DNA of 64,000 nucleotides from an uncultured delta proteobacterium (lineage in GTDB: Bacteria > Desulfobacterota > BSN033 > UBA1163), in the NCBI GenBank assembly GCA_963827685.1, contig CAWHBU010000007.1, positions 32,001 to 96,000 on the forward strand. The letters are read 5' to 3'. The notes below the pieces were generated by a model, which was given only the letters and a program-made list of their open reading frames with translations, had not been told where the DNA came from and searched no databases. Positions 21,426 to 29,419 of the stretch are shown here, in pieces. The position numbers were made by a program, and so were the translations under genes. Within the stretch, counting starts at the first letter, position 1, and each line of letters starts with the position of its first letter.

Positions 21426-21861
21426 GGACTTACAGAACTCTGGTGGGCAACTTAAAAATGTACTCCACACCCTTCGGGCTCACAACATCCCCGACGGAGA
21501 CACTAATGGATATGATTTACAGTGCCAATGATGATTGTGAACGGCGTGAAGATTTGTCGGCCTCGAGATTATCTCGCCAAACCCCTACGTAAGAAAAAAT
21601 AAATATTCTACTTCCCTCCTGATAACAGGTATTACTATCTTGCTTCTAAGTTTGCCTGCCCGCCGTAGCCTCAGCATAGGCGGGAGCTTTCAGCCTTACG
21701 CTATGTGCTATGCCCTCTGCCCAAAGAAGAGGAAAATAACTGTTAATATTCAATTACGTTATATATTTGTTTGAGGTGATGGGTCCCTGTGTCTCTTGTT
21801 ACTTTTTAGAAGCAGCTTTTAACCAAATCACCATTCGTGCCTGATCATCTCCGATCCGTTG

Positions 21862-22134
21862 CTATTTCTTCTTATTGTATTTGGGCTGCGATCGGCTGAT
21901 GATCCGAGTTTCTTTTTCTTTTGCGTCCTCGATGCTCTTCATTTGTTCGATACGAACTTTCGCACCAGGAATTTCACCGAGGTGCTCCGTAATTCTTTCG
22001 CGGACTCGACCGCGCTGAGCGACTCCCGTGTAGTTGTTGTTATCATTTGAAGTGAGAATCTTGTAAACGGCTGGTTTGTCATTTGGAAGTTGTGAAATTC
22101 CTTCTTCCTTAAACTTCACAGTTTTCTGTCCCAT
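21862..22134 (-). CDS. Small GIY-YIG-like nuclease (90 aa)
   Basis: PAVYKI...NYTG, RVRERITEH, conserved-position Glu in AKEKETRII, PKYN; GGAGGT SD. Confidence 0.7.
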   Translation of the reverse strand: MGQKTVKFKEEGISQLPNDKPAVYKILTSNDNNNYTGVAQRGRVRERITEHLGEIPGAKVRIEQMKSIEDAKEKETRIISRSQPKYNKKK

Positions 22135-22246
22135 TGTTTACCTCCGTTAGAAATAAGATATGACTCTAAAATTTCTCGAAATCTAGGAAAGGGCCAACTT
22201 TTAGGGATGGCCCCCTTCCTTTTAGAGATTTACCAGATAACAGCAT

Positions 22247-22486
22247 TTAGAAAGTTGCCTTGTGACAGTCCCAGCAGAGGATCTCGCAATTAGAGACTGT
22301 ATCTCCACCATTGGCATTGCGATGGTGCGCCTCCCAGGCACCTTTACCCGTTTCTCTGCCGCGATTTTCCCAAACTAGCTCTTTATTGCATCGAACATAA
22401 GGATGATTGTGTGTTGTTCTTCTACACTCGCATTTGCCTCCAGCGCTTCTCCATGCTTCTCTTACAGTTTCTTCTGAAAATGCCAT
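22247..22486 (-). CDS. Small Zn-binding HNH endonuclease (79 aa)
   Basis: FSEETVREAW...KCEC...C...WEAHH...GGDTVSNCEILCWDCH; AAAGGAGG SD. Confidence 0.85.
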   Translation of the reverse strand: MAFSEETVREAWRSAGGKCECRRTTHNHPYVRCNKELVWENRGRETGKGAWEAHHRNANGGDTVSNCEILCWDCHKATF

Positions 22487-22562
22487 AAGCTATCCTCCTT
22501 TCTGTGTAGTTAATTTTGAATAATCTTGCCCCTTTATATTGTCTTGTCTAAACATCAGTATC

Positions 22563-22865
22563 TCAGGGGGCAGTATGTGAATTTTTCTTGTAAGCGTACA
22601 CGTAATCCGCCTTTTCATCTCCTCCGCCGGTTCCACCATCGGTATTAAGCGTATTCACGAAATATGATTCGACGTTCCGGGCAGCATTGGAACTCTCTGC
22701 TTGTCGGTAGATCCACCAATCGCCATTTTCATGAACACCATGGCCATTGAAAAGTCGATCGCGTGCATCTTTGCTGATACCGACATACCAGGCCCTATAG
22801 CCACCACCGTCTTTTTGAATATGTTCTTTGATATCCGACTTAATCTGTTGCTCGCTGTAAGCCAT
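22563..22865 (-). CDS. Small protein with GIY-YIG-like motifs in permuted order
   Basis: WYVGISKDARDRLFNGH, ARNVESYF, GGTGGG, C-terminal YVYAYK; GGAGG SD before ATG 22865. Confidence 0.65.
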   Translation of the reverse strand: MAYSEQQIKSDIKEHIQKDGGGYRAWYVGISKDARDRLFNGHGVHENGDWWIYRQAESSNAARNVESYFVNTLNTDGGTGGGDEKADYVYAYKKNSHTAP

Positions 22866-23041
22866 CTTCAATTCCTCCTATTTAGCTCTTGTTTTTCCTA
22901 CGCCGACCAACTCCACAACAAATGTCTTGATATTTCATGCCCAGTTTCTCCCCTTTTCTCTCAACCTATGGCCCCCTAATTTTTCTCATCTATTTTCTCC
23001 TTTCTGTACGGATTTATGGTGGCTTCTTGGCCCCAATTAAA

Positions 23042-23139
23042 TATTCGCAATATAGTAACTAAGATATAGTATAGCGAATAGGCTTCTATTTGTCAAGAAA
23101 AACTTTTTTCTTGCATCTCAGCACAATTTATACTATATT
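23042..23139. promoter_or_regulatory. Divergent sigma70 promoters with inverted-repeat operator
   Basis: Minus strand TTGACA-17-TATACT (23096-23068); plus strand TTGCAT-17-TATATT (23111-23139); inverted repeat TATTCGCAATA (23042-23052) / TATAGCGAATA (23070-23080) overlaps the leftward -10. Confidence 0.75.
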
Positions 23140-23173
23140 AAAAATGGGCCTGGAGGAAAGGAAGAGAAAAATT

Positions 23174-23581
23174 ATGGCAACAATTGGCGATCGGATCAGG
23201 GAAATCCGGGAGAAACGTAAGATGACCCAGGACGAACTTGCCCAAACAGCCGATATAAGTAAAGGGTTCTTGAGCGATGTTGAAAATGACAAGAGAAACG
23301 TCAGTTCACAGATATTGTTGAGAATCGCCAATAGCTTGGGGGCATCTATTAACTATCTGCTAACCGGTGAAACAAAAGAACCCGTGATGAGAGAGTCTAT
23401 TAACATCCCACCTGAATTATCACTTGCGGCCCAAGAACTTAACCTAAGCTATACTCAAACTCTTGAACTCCTTGATGCAGATAGGTCCATTGTAGCACGG
23501 AGAAGCAATAAATCACTGAGAAATTTTACAGTTGAAGACTGGAAGGAACTTCATAGAGCAATCAAAAAGGTTTATGGCTAA
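23174..23581 (+). CDS. XRE-family HTH repressor
   Basis: IGDRIREIREKRKMTQDELAQTADISKGFLSDVENDKRNVSSQILLRIANSLGASINYLLTG plus a C-terminal extension. Confidence 0.92.
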   Translation: MATIGDRIREIREKRKMTQDELAQTADISKGFLSDVENDKRNVSSQILLRIANSLGASINYLLTGETKEPVMRESINIPPELSLAAQELNLSYTQTLELLDADRSIVARRSNKSLRNFTVEDWKELHRAIKKVYG

Positions 23582-23670
23582 ATGTCTCCAAAGTTGAAGA
23601 ATTCCCTTCGAATCTGGAAATTAGCTCGTGATCTGGGCATCAAATCGACGGATGACCCCGTTAGCAGCAT
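23582..23670 (+). pseudogene. 5' stub of a gene coupled to the XRE repressor, possibly an ImmA/IrrE-type peptidase
   Basis: ATG immediately follows the XRE stop (TAAATG). MSPKLKNSLRIWKLARDLGIKSTDDPVSSI then runs into antisense hsdR sequence. No HEXXH is present, so identity is inferred from context. Confidence 0.4.
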
Positions 23671-24042
23671 TGACTTAGGAACACTGGTAAGCCCTGTAAA
23701 CCGATCATACTCAATAAACAGATGGCCGTTGCTCGAAAACACGAAAGGCACGTTCAGCCGCTTGCAGGCAGCGTAGAGTTTAGCTTGCTCGAGCCCGTGG
23801 GTGGGAGGCAGATGTTCGGCTTTGGCTTCGATAAGCGCTACCGCAACGGGTTGAGTGTCGATATTGACTTTGATGCGCAAGGTGTAATCTACGCGGCCCT
23901 TTGCGCGTTTGCGAGGTTTCCCGTCAACGATCTCGATAGCCCCTGCTGTCTCCTCGCGGCGAATCAAATCTTCTGTCCAGCCGCAGGCATGGATAGCCGG
24001 ATCGATAAACTTCGCACGGGTATCTGCTTCTGAGTATCGCAA
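23670..24042 (-). pseudogene. hsdR: N-terminal fragment of a type I restriction enzyme R subunit
   Basis: SEADTRAKFIDPAI...GW, RVDYTL, VALIEAK, GLEQAKLYA, VPFVFSSNG. No helicase domain; the ORF runs on to 23578 through unrelated sequence. Confidence 0.8.
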
Positions 24043-24088
24043 TTTCGTCTAACTCTTTAATTCTAAGTGGGGTTAATCTCGACCTTTT

Positions 24089-24153
24089 GAGACTGTGAAC
24101 AAAAAAGCCCATTCTTTTTGAGAATAGGCTGAAGTTCAATCACACAATTTTTC
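24089..24153. mobile_element. Mini-MITE-like element with GAGACTGTG...CACAATTTTTC ends
   Basis: Ends resemble those of the 51060-51335 element; internal hairpin agcccattc/gaataggct. Confidence 0.4.
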
Positions 24154-24221
24154 AATATTTGAATCCCCCACCAATTTTGCCCCACTATATCAGAAACGCT
24201 ACACAAAGGCAATCATCTGAA

Positions 24222-24287
24222 CCGTGAGCCGTGAGGCGTAAAGCGTGAGGCGCAAGCATTCCAATCGTGTCCGTGTCGCGTGTCCGG
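24222..24287. repeat. Heptamer tandem arm (CGTGAGG) and CGTGTC run
   Basis: ccgtgag ccgtgag gcgtaaa gcgtgag gcgcaag ... cgtgtc cgtgtc gcgtgtcc. Confidence 0.6.
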
Positions 24288-24359
24288 AAAACAACATGCT
24301 GATAGGTTTCACTATTTATTAGACCCAATTGGTAGGGAAGTCAATATTTGATTTCGGAT

Positions 24360-25541
24360 TCACACCACCCTGCAGATCAGACCCCTCAGATATTCTCCTT
24401 CGGGATGGCACAGATTGATGGGATGATCCGAGGGATGTCCCATTCGACCGATGAGCTGAACACTTCTTCCTGAATCCAATGCCGCAGAAAACACAATTTT
24501 CTGAAATAGATCCCAACTCATATGATGAGAGCAAGAGAAGGTGAGGAGGAGACCTTCCCTATTCAACAAACGGAAGGCCCAGAGATTGAGATCTTTGTAT
24601 CCCCTCGATGCGCTTGGAAGATGCCCCTTTTTCTTAGCAAATGGAGGAGGATCGAGAATCACCATATCGTACCCGGGTTCAAGGCCTCGCATGATCTCAA
24701 AGACATCTCCTCGAATGCATCGATGGGGGATTTTCTCCAATAGATTTAAACTGAAATGTTCCTCTGCCATCGCCAAAGCCTCCTCAGAGGAATCGATGAG
24801 CGTAACCTCTTTGGCACCTCCTGATCCCGCATGAATGGAAAAACCTCCGGTATAGGAGAAGCAGTCCAAAATCTTCTTTCCCCCTGAGAGACTTCTTACA
24901 GAGAAGCGATTTTCTCTCTGATCCAAGTAAAAACCAGTTTTCTGCCCCTTTTTTACGTTGACTCTGAAACGGCAACCATATTCTCCAATCTCAATCCATT
25001 CCGGAACATCCTTCCCATAGAGAAGGCCGCTACTCTCTGACAATCCTTCCTCGCCCCTCGTTGCCACATCGCTTCTCTCGTAAATACTCTGGGGACGGAA
25101 TTCTTTTGCCAGCAAATTGGTCAACATCCCTTTTAACCGATCCATCCCTGCTGTCAAACATTGGAGAACCAGAGTCTCTCTATAACGATCCACAATCAAC
25201 CCCGGGAGATAGTCTCCTTCTCCATTGATGACCCGATGAGCATTGGTCTTCCCTTTGAGCCAATCCTCTCTTAAACCAACCGCTCTTGAAATCCGCTCAC
25301 TAAAAAACTCTTCTCCAAGTTCTTCCTTTTTTTGCGTCAGGAGGCGAACGATGATTTGGGAGCGAGGATTGAAATATCCAAGGCCTAAGAATTGACCTCC
25401 CTTAGAATAAACCTCCCCAACTTCCCCTGGAGAGACTTCTCCCTCTACCTTGGCGACCGCTCCGGAGAAGACCCAAGGATGTCCCCGAAGGAGGGGCCTT
25501 TCTCTCCCTTTCTTCAATATGATCCTGGGAAGGGTAACCAT
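24360..25541 (-). CDS. rlmI: RlmI-like SAM-dependent rRNA methyltransferase (PUA domain plus class I MTase)
   Basis: GHPWVFSG, EGDYLPGLIVDRY, GQKTGFYLDQRENR, DCFSYTGGF, ILDPPPF, FSCS, PEGEYL. Confidence 0.85.
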   Translation of the reverse strand: MVTLPRIILKKGRERPLLRGHPWVFSGAVAKVEGEVSPGEVGEVYSKGGQFLGLGYFNPRSQIIVRLLTQKKEELGEEFFSERISRAVGLREDWLKGKTNAHRVINGEGDYLPGLIVDRYRETLVLQCLTAGMDRLKGMLTNLLAKEFRPQSIYERSDVATRGEEGLSESSGLLYGKDVPEWIEIGEYGCRFRVNVKKGQKTGFYLDQRENRFSVRSLSGGKKILDCFSYTGGFSIHAGSGGAKEVTLIDSSEEALAMAEEHFSLNLLEKIPHRCIRGDVFEIMRGLEPGYDMVILDPPPFAKKKGHLPSASRGYKDLNLWAFRLLNREGLLLTFSCSHHMSWDLFQKIVFSAALDSGRSVQLIGRMGHPSDHPINLCHPEGEYLRGLICRVV

Positions 25542-25605
25542 TTTTTTAGCAGTGGATGAGGTGAGGAGGGATTCTGCGCGTTATAGTTAACATCTTTTCA
25601 AAGTA

Positions 25606-25680
25606 GTCATTGCCAGGAGTCCCTTTTTGGCGGGATGACGTGGCAATCTCATGGGATTGCTTCACTCCGTTTGCAATGAC
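25606..25680. repeat. GTCATTGC...GCAATGAC REP-like palindrome
   Basis: gtcattgccaggag...gacgtggcaatctcatgggattgcttcactccgtttgcaatgac. Confidence 0.8.
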
Positions 25681-25769
25681 ACCCCGCTACAGTAGAACAG
25701 GGGAAGGTGGGTATTGGCCAATAGGATGAATAGTATTTCCGGTCTTATTTTTTTCTTTGGTAAATCTCT

Positions 25770-26789
25770 TTATCTTCCCATCTCCCCATCTTTCCTTTGA
25801 AACGCTCTCTCGATCAAGTTTCCAACGAACTCCGTATAGGTCGTCCCTTGAACTTTGAGGGCTCTGGTCATCCCGGATTGAGGAGAAATATCCGGGTTGG
25901 GATTTACTTCTAACACAAAGATTTTCCCATCCCGGTCAATCCGGAGATCCACCCTCGCATAATCCCGACATTCGAATAGTTTAAAAACTCTCATAGCGAT
26001 ATGTTCCACTCTCTTTTTCATCACCCATTCCAACGGGGCAGGACAGACCGGTTTTGATTTTTGATACTCGGGACTCTCTGTGACCCATTTGGCTTCGTAT
26101 CCGCATATTTTGGGGACCCCTTCCGGAAACTCGGAGTAGTCGATCTCTGAGACAGGAAGGATTCCCACCTTCCCATTGGTCTCCATCAAACCCACATTCA
26201 ACTCTCTGCCTTCGATATATTCCTCCACCAAAGCAGGCTGTTGATATTGTTCGATCACATATTGAATCTGTTTGCTCAAGGTCTCGTCGTCAAAGACCAC
26301 ACTCTCTCTCGAGATCCCAAGACTCCCATCTTCGTGAAGAGGCTTGACGATGATCGGAAAGATATTCCCCTTCACGGGGCCTGCCGCCCGCTCAAAGATT
26401 TTATATCGGGGGGTCAGGATTCCTTGAGACTGGAGGATGTCTTTTACTTTTCCTTTGTCCTGACACAACCCGAGCGTAAGAGGAGCAGATCCGGTATAGG
26501 GAATTCGAAAAAGATCTAATAAAGCGGGAACATTCATCTCCCAGCAGCTGTTCCCGTAAACACTTTCGCACAAATTGAAGGCGACATCGGGTTGGTATTC
26601 CCTCAACCAGTGGATGACCGGGAAAATCTCCTCACGAACAGCTATGGCAACGCATTCATGCCCGAGAGATCGGAGCGCATTTTCTACCGCTTCGATCTCC
26701 TCGACGATAGCACCCTCTGCCAGGATATCCTTTTCCTCCCCTTTCTGGAGCCGGTCAAAAAGATTGTACAAGATCACCACTTTTAGCAC
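25770..26789 (-). CDS. D-Ala-D-Ala-ligase-like ATP-grasp enzyme (KamA-associated type)
   Basis: FNLCES, PYTGS, DKGKVK, IVKPLHEDGSLGI, EEYIEGRE, YEAKW, DYARVDLR, LEVNPNP. Confidence 0.88.
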   Translation of the reverse strand: MLKVVILYNLFDRLQKGEEKDILAEGAIVEEIEAVENALRSLGHECVAIAVREEIFPVIHWLREYQPDVAFNLCESVYGNSCWEMNVPALLDLFRIPYTGSAPLTLGLCQDKGKVKDILQSQGILTPRYKIFERAAGPVKGNIFPIIVKPLHEDGSLGISRESVVFDDETLSKQIQYVIEQYQQPALVEEYIEGRELNVGLMETNGKVGILPVSEIDYSEFPEGVPKICGYEAKWVTESPEYQKSKPVCPAPLEWVMKKRVEHIAMRVFKLFECRDYARVDLRIDRDGKIFVLEVNPNPDISPQSGMTRALKVQGTTYTEFVGNLIERAFQRKDGEMGR

Positions 26790-26821
26790 GGATCCTATCC
26801 TCTCCTTTCCACACTATAATG

Positions 26822-26992
26822 CAGACACTGGACTCTCGCCTGCCAAAGAACTTGTTCGGCGAGCAGGTCGGACTTTAGACTTAACTTCTAATCGTAAGGC
26901 GTTAGTCGTAAGGCGTAAGGGGTAACTCCTAACGACTGGCGACTTACGCTTTCACGCAAAAAAGTCTGATGCCTATGCTCTAATGTCTGAAT
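26822..26992. repeat. Nested repeats: outer AGAC/AGTC arms, CCTGC...GCAGG insert (26839-26867), inner CGTAAGG/CTTACG hairpin
   Basis: cagacactggactctcg[cctgccaaagaacttgttcggcgagcagg]tcggactttagact...cgtaaggcgttagtcgtaaggcgtaagg...cctaacgactggcgacttacg...agtctgatgcctatgctctaatgtctga. Confidence 0.65.
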
Positions 26993-27006
26993 CACAGTTA
27001 CCACGC

Positions 27007-28290
27007 TCAAGCGATCACCTTCTTTGAAACAGCCTTTTCATCCCCCGCGGACCTGGATTTTTTGAATTCAATGATATTCGGCTCTGGATACTCAAAAACC
27101 TTCCCCTCATAATTTCTCAAGACGATCTTCCCCCTACCCTTTGAGACCACGTAATCGGGTTGCAATGGGATCTTTCCTCCGCCCCCCGGTGCGTCGACGA
27201 CATAAGTAGGAACAGCATAACCTGTCGTGTGGCCACGTAATTTTTCCATAATCTGAATCCCTGTCGCCACAGAGGTCCGGAAGTGTTGCGTTCCCATGGC
27301 CAGGTCGCATTGATAGATATAATAGGGGCGGACCCGGATCTTGAGGAGCTCCTGAAGTAGCTTCTTCATAATATAGGGTTTATCATTGATCCCCTTGAGA
27401 AGGACCGTTTGACTTCCCAAAGGAATCCCCCCATCTGCCAGTTCGCCACAAGCTCTCCTCACCCGATCAGTGATCTCCTTCGGATGGGTAAAATGGATAG
27501 AGATCATGAGGGGATGATACTTCTTCAACATCCTCACCAACCCAGTGGTGATTCTCTGGGGAAGTGTCACCGGAACTCTCGTCCCGATCCGTAGGACTTC
27601 AATATGGGGAAGCGCCCTCAATCGGCTCAACATCTCCTCCAACCTCTCATTTTCCAGGAGGAGTGGATCTCCTCCTGATAAGAGGACATCTCGAACCTTT
27701 CGATGGCTTTTCAAATACTTGAGGACTTCCTCAAAATTTCCTTGGGTGATAGACCGCTCGTTGCTTCCCACCAATCGTCTCCGCGTGCAGTATCGGCAAT
27801 AGACGGCGCATTGATCCGTGACCAGCAAAAGCACTCGATCCGGATAGCGATGGACAAGACCCGGCACGGGGGAATGCTTGTCCTCTCCTAAAGGATCCAC
27901 CATTTCGCTTTTTGACAGATGGATTTCCTCGATTCGAGGGATGGCTTGTCTTCGGATGGGGCAATTGGGATTGATCGGGTCCATCAGGCTTGCAAAATAA
28001 GGGGTGACGGCTAAGGCTAATCTTCCTTTCGAATGCTTGATCCCCTCTATCTCCTCAGGGATCAAATCGATGATCTCTTTGAGTTGTTCAAGAGTGGTCA
28101 CTCGATGTCTGAGTTGCCACCTCCAATCATTCCATTCCTTTTCTGAAACTCCCTTCCAAACCTGAGGAATGGTCTCTGTTGATTCTTCAATCTTTTCCCC
28201 TTCCATCTGAAGGGGAAACAAATAAAGCTGCGAGGCCCTTCTCACCCCCCTTGGGGGGACGGACAAATTAGAGTCTGAAGCAGGCTCCAT
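27007..28290 (-). CDS. kamA: KamA-family radical SAM aminomutase (lysine 2,3-aminomutase-like)
   Basis: WNDWRWQL, HRYPDRVL, CAVYCRYCTRRR, SGGDPL, QTVLLKGIND, YIYQCD, VVDAPGGGGKIP (PLP lysine); AGGAG SD before ATG 28290. Confidence 0.9.
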   Translation of the reverse strand: MEPASDSNLSVPPRGVRRASQLYLFPLQMEGEKIEESTETIPQVWKGVSEKEWNDWRWQLRHRVTTLEQLKEIIDLIPEEIEGIKHSKGRLALAVTPYFASLMDPINPNCPIRRQAIPRIEEIHLSKSEMVDPLGEDKHSPVPGLVHRYPDRVLLLVTDQCAVYCRYCTRRRLVGSNERSITQGNFEEVLKYLKSHRKVRDVLLSGGDPLLLENERLEEMLSRLRALPHIEVLRIGTRVPVTLPQRITTGLVRMLKKYHPLMISIHFTHPKEITDRVRRACGELADGGIPLGSQTVLLKGINDKPYIMKKLLQELLKIRVRPYYIYQCDLAMGTQHFRTSVATGIQIMEKLRGHTTGYAVPTYVVDAPGGGGKIPLQPDYVVSKGRGKIVLRNYEGKVFEYPEPNIIEFKKSRSAGDEKAVSKKVIA

Positions 28291-28500
28291 CTTCTCTCCT
28301 TCCCGCATATCTGCTGAGAGGACGCCGGTCCCCTGCCTGACCCGCCTTTTTAGAAAATAAAAAAGGAGATATCTTTAGATACCTCCTCCATCAAGACAAA
28401 GAGAAAAAAACCTTCTTCCTGATTAGCAGATATGCACCTTTTTTTCTTTTTGCGTTGGACTCGAATAACAGATCCCTCTCTTGGATAAAATTCACTTTTG

Positions 28501-28536
28501 TTGGCGCCCCCTTTCTATTAAAGAGGGGGGCGCCAA
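28501..28536 (-). terminator. Intrinsic terminator-like hairpin after the small lipoprotein gene
   Basis: ttggcgccccctttctattaaagaggggggcgccaa. Confidence 0.6.
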
Positions 28537-28558
28537 CGCTTGGACCACCAAACAAACG

Positions 28559-28753
28559 TTACTTCTTGGGGGCTTCAGGAGCCGGAGCCGGCACTGCGGT
28601 TGTCGCAGGCGCTGGCGGAGCCGGTGCCTCAGGTGGTTTCGCCTCCTCTTTGGCTGCCGGCTTCGGTGCCTCCTTGGCTTTGCACCCAATTCCCATTGCG
28701 GCAATATTAATCACCAATACCATTGCGAGGAAAAGAAAAATCCACTTCTTCAT
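28559..28753 (-). CDS. Small Pro/Ala/Lys/Glu-rich lipoprotein ending APKK
   Basis: MKK, hydrophobic stretch, lipobox-like GIGC; AAAGGAGGTGA SD; 4-bp overlap with the upstream gene. Confidence 0.75.
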   Translation of the reverse strand: MKKWIFLFLAMVLVINIAAMGIGCKAKEAPKPAAKEEAKPPEAPAPPAPATTAVPAPAPEAPKK

Positions 28754-29184
28754 GTAACTTCACCTCCTTTCTGAATGAAATGGGAACCCTCCCCTTTTTT
28801 CCCAAATGAAGGAGTTTTCACCTCATCGGGAAAAGAAATCTCTCGGATGACCTTTCGTAACAACCTTGGATCAACAGGCTTTTTGATAATACGATGAATC
28901 CCCATTTTTTTCAATCGAATAGTGAGTTCGTCAGTGACCAAAGGGGTCATCAGTATAAAACGGTCATTCCATTTCTTCAGGAGAGAAAACCCCTTTTCCA
29001 AAACATCGATCTCCACGTCAGCTAAGATCATCCCTCCTTCAATATCTTTCTTTCTTTTTTCGAGTTGAGAAAAATCCTCAATCTCCTCTACATGAAAACC
29101 ATACTTCTTCAAAATTTTATTCAGGCTGAGCCGCACAAACTCATCTTTATCAAGGATAAAGGCCCATTTCAGCTTTTCCTTCAT
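28750..29184 (-). CDS. Stand-alone divergent receiver-domain protein
   Basis: FILDKD, ILADV, ILMT, IIKKP follow CheY-like spacing. Confidence 0.7.
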   Translation of the reverse strand: MKEKLKWAFILDKDEFVRLSLNKILKKYGFHVEEIEDFSQLEKRKKDIEGGMILADVEIDVLEKGFSLLKKWNDRFILMTPLVTDELTIRLKKMGIHRIIKKPVDPRLLRKVIREISFPDEVKTPSFGKKGEGSHFIQKGGEVT

Positions 29185-29196
29185 AAAGGAATACTA

Positions 29197-29213
29197 TTCA
29201 AACTTCATGCCAA
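29197..29213 (-). promoter_or_regulatory. sigma54 (-24/-12) promoter
   Basis: TTGGCATGAAGTTTGAA on the minus strand, directly downstream of an NtrC-type activator gene. Confidence 0.6.
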
Positions 29214-29419
29214 ATTTTTTTTGATCTATTTCAACCGGCATTTTAAAACCGTAATAATATTGACAGGTTAAATCTTTATTGTTTCCACTTTATCCATATT
29301 AATCCAAAATGATAAAAATAAAAAGGGAAAAAATGACATACCCATTTCAAAGATACGCGACAAAATGCCATCATAATGCAGCTCATATAATGGAAGGGAG
29401 ACCTTTTGTCCCCCTTTCA

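Noticed and set aside
22141-22246. Hairpin between the small nuclease genes as an attC site
   Set aside because: Lacks correctly placed RYYYAAC and GTTRRRY boxes; better read as a terminator or stability stem.
22884-22989. Short ORF MRKIRGP*VERKGEKLGMKYQDICCG with a strong SD; possible TAG readthrough or leader peptide
   Set aside because: Too short, no motif, and no pyrrolysine machinery is visible; most likely a decayed first gene.
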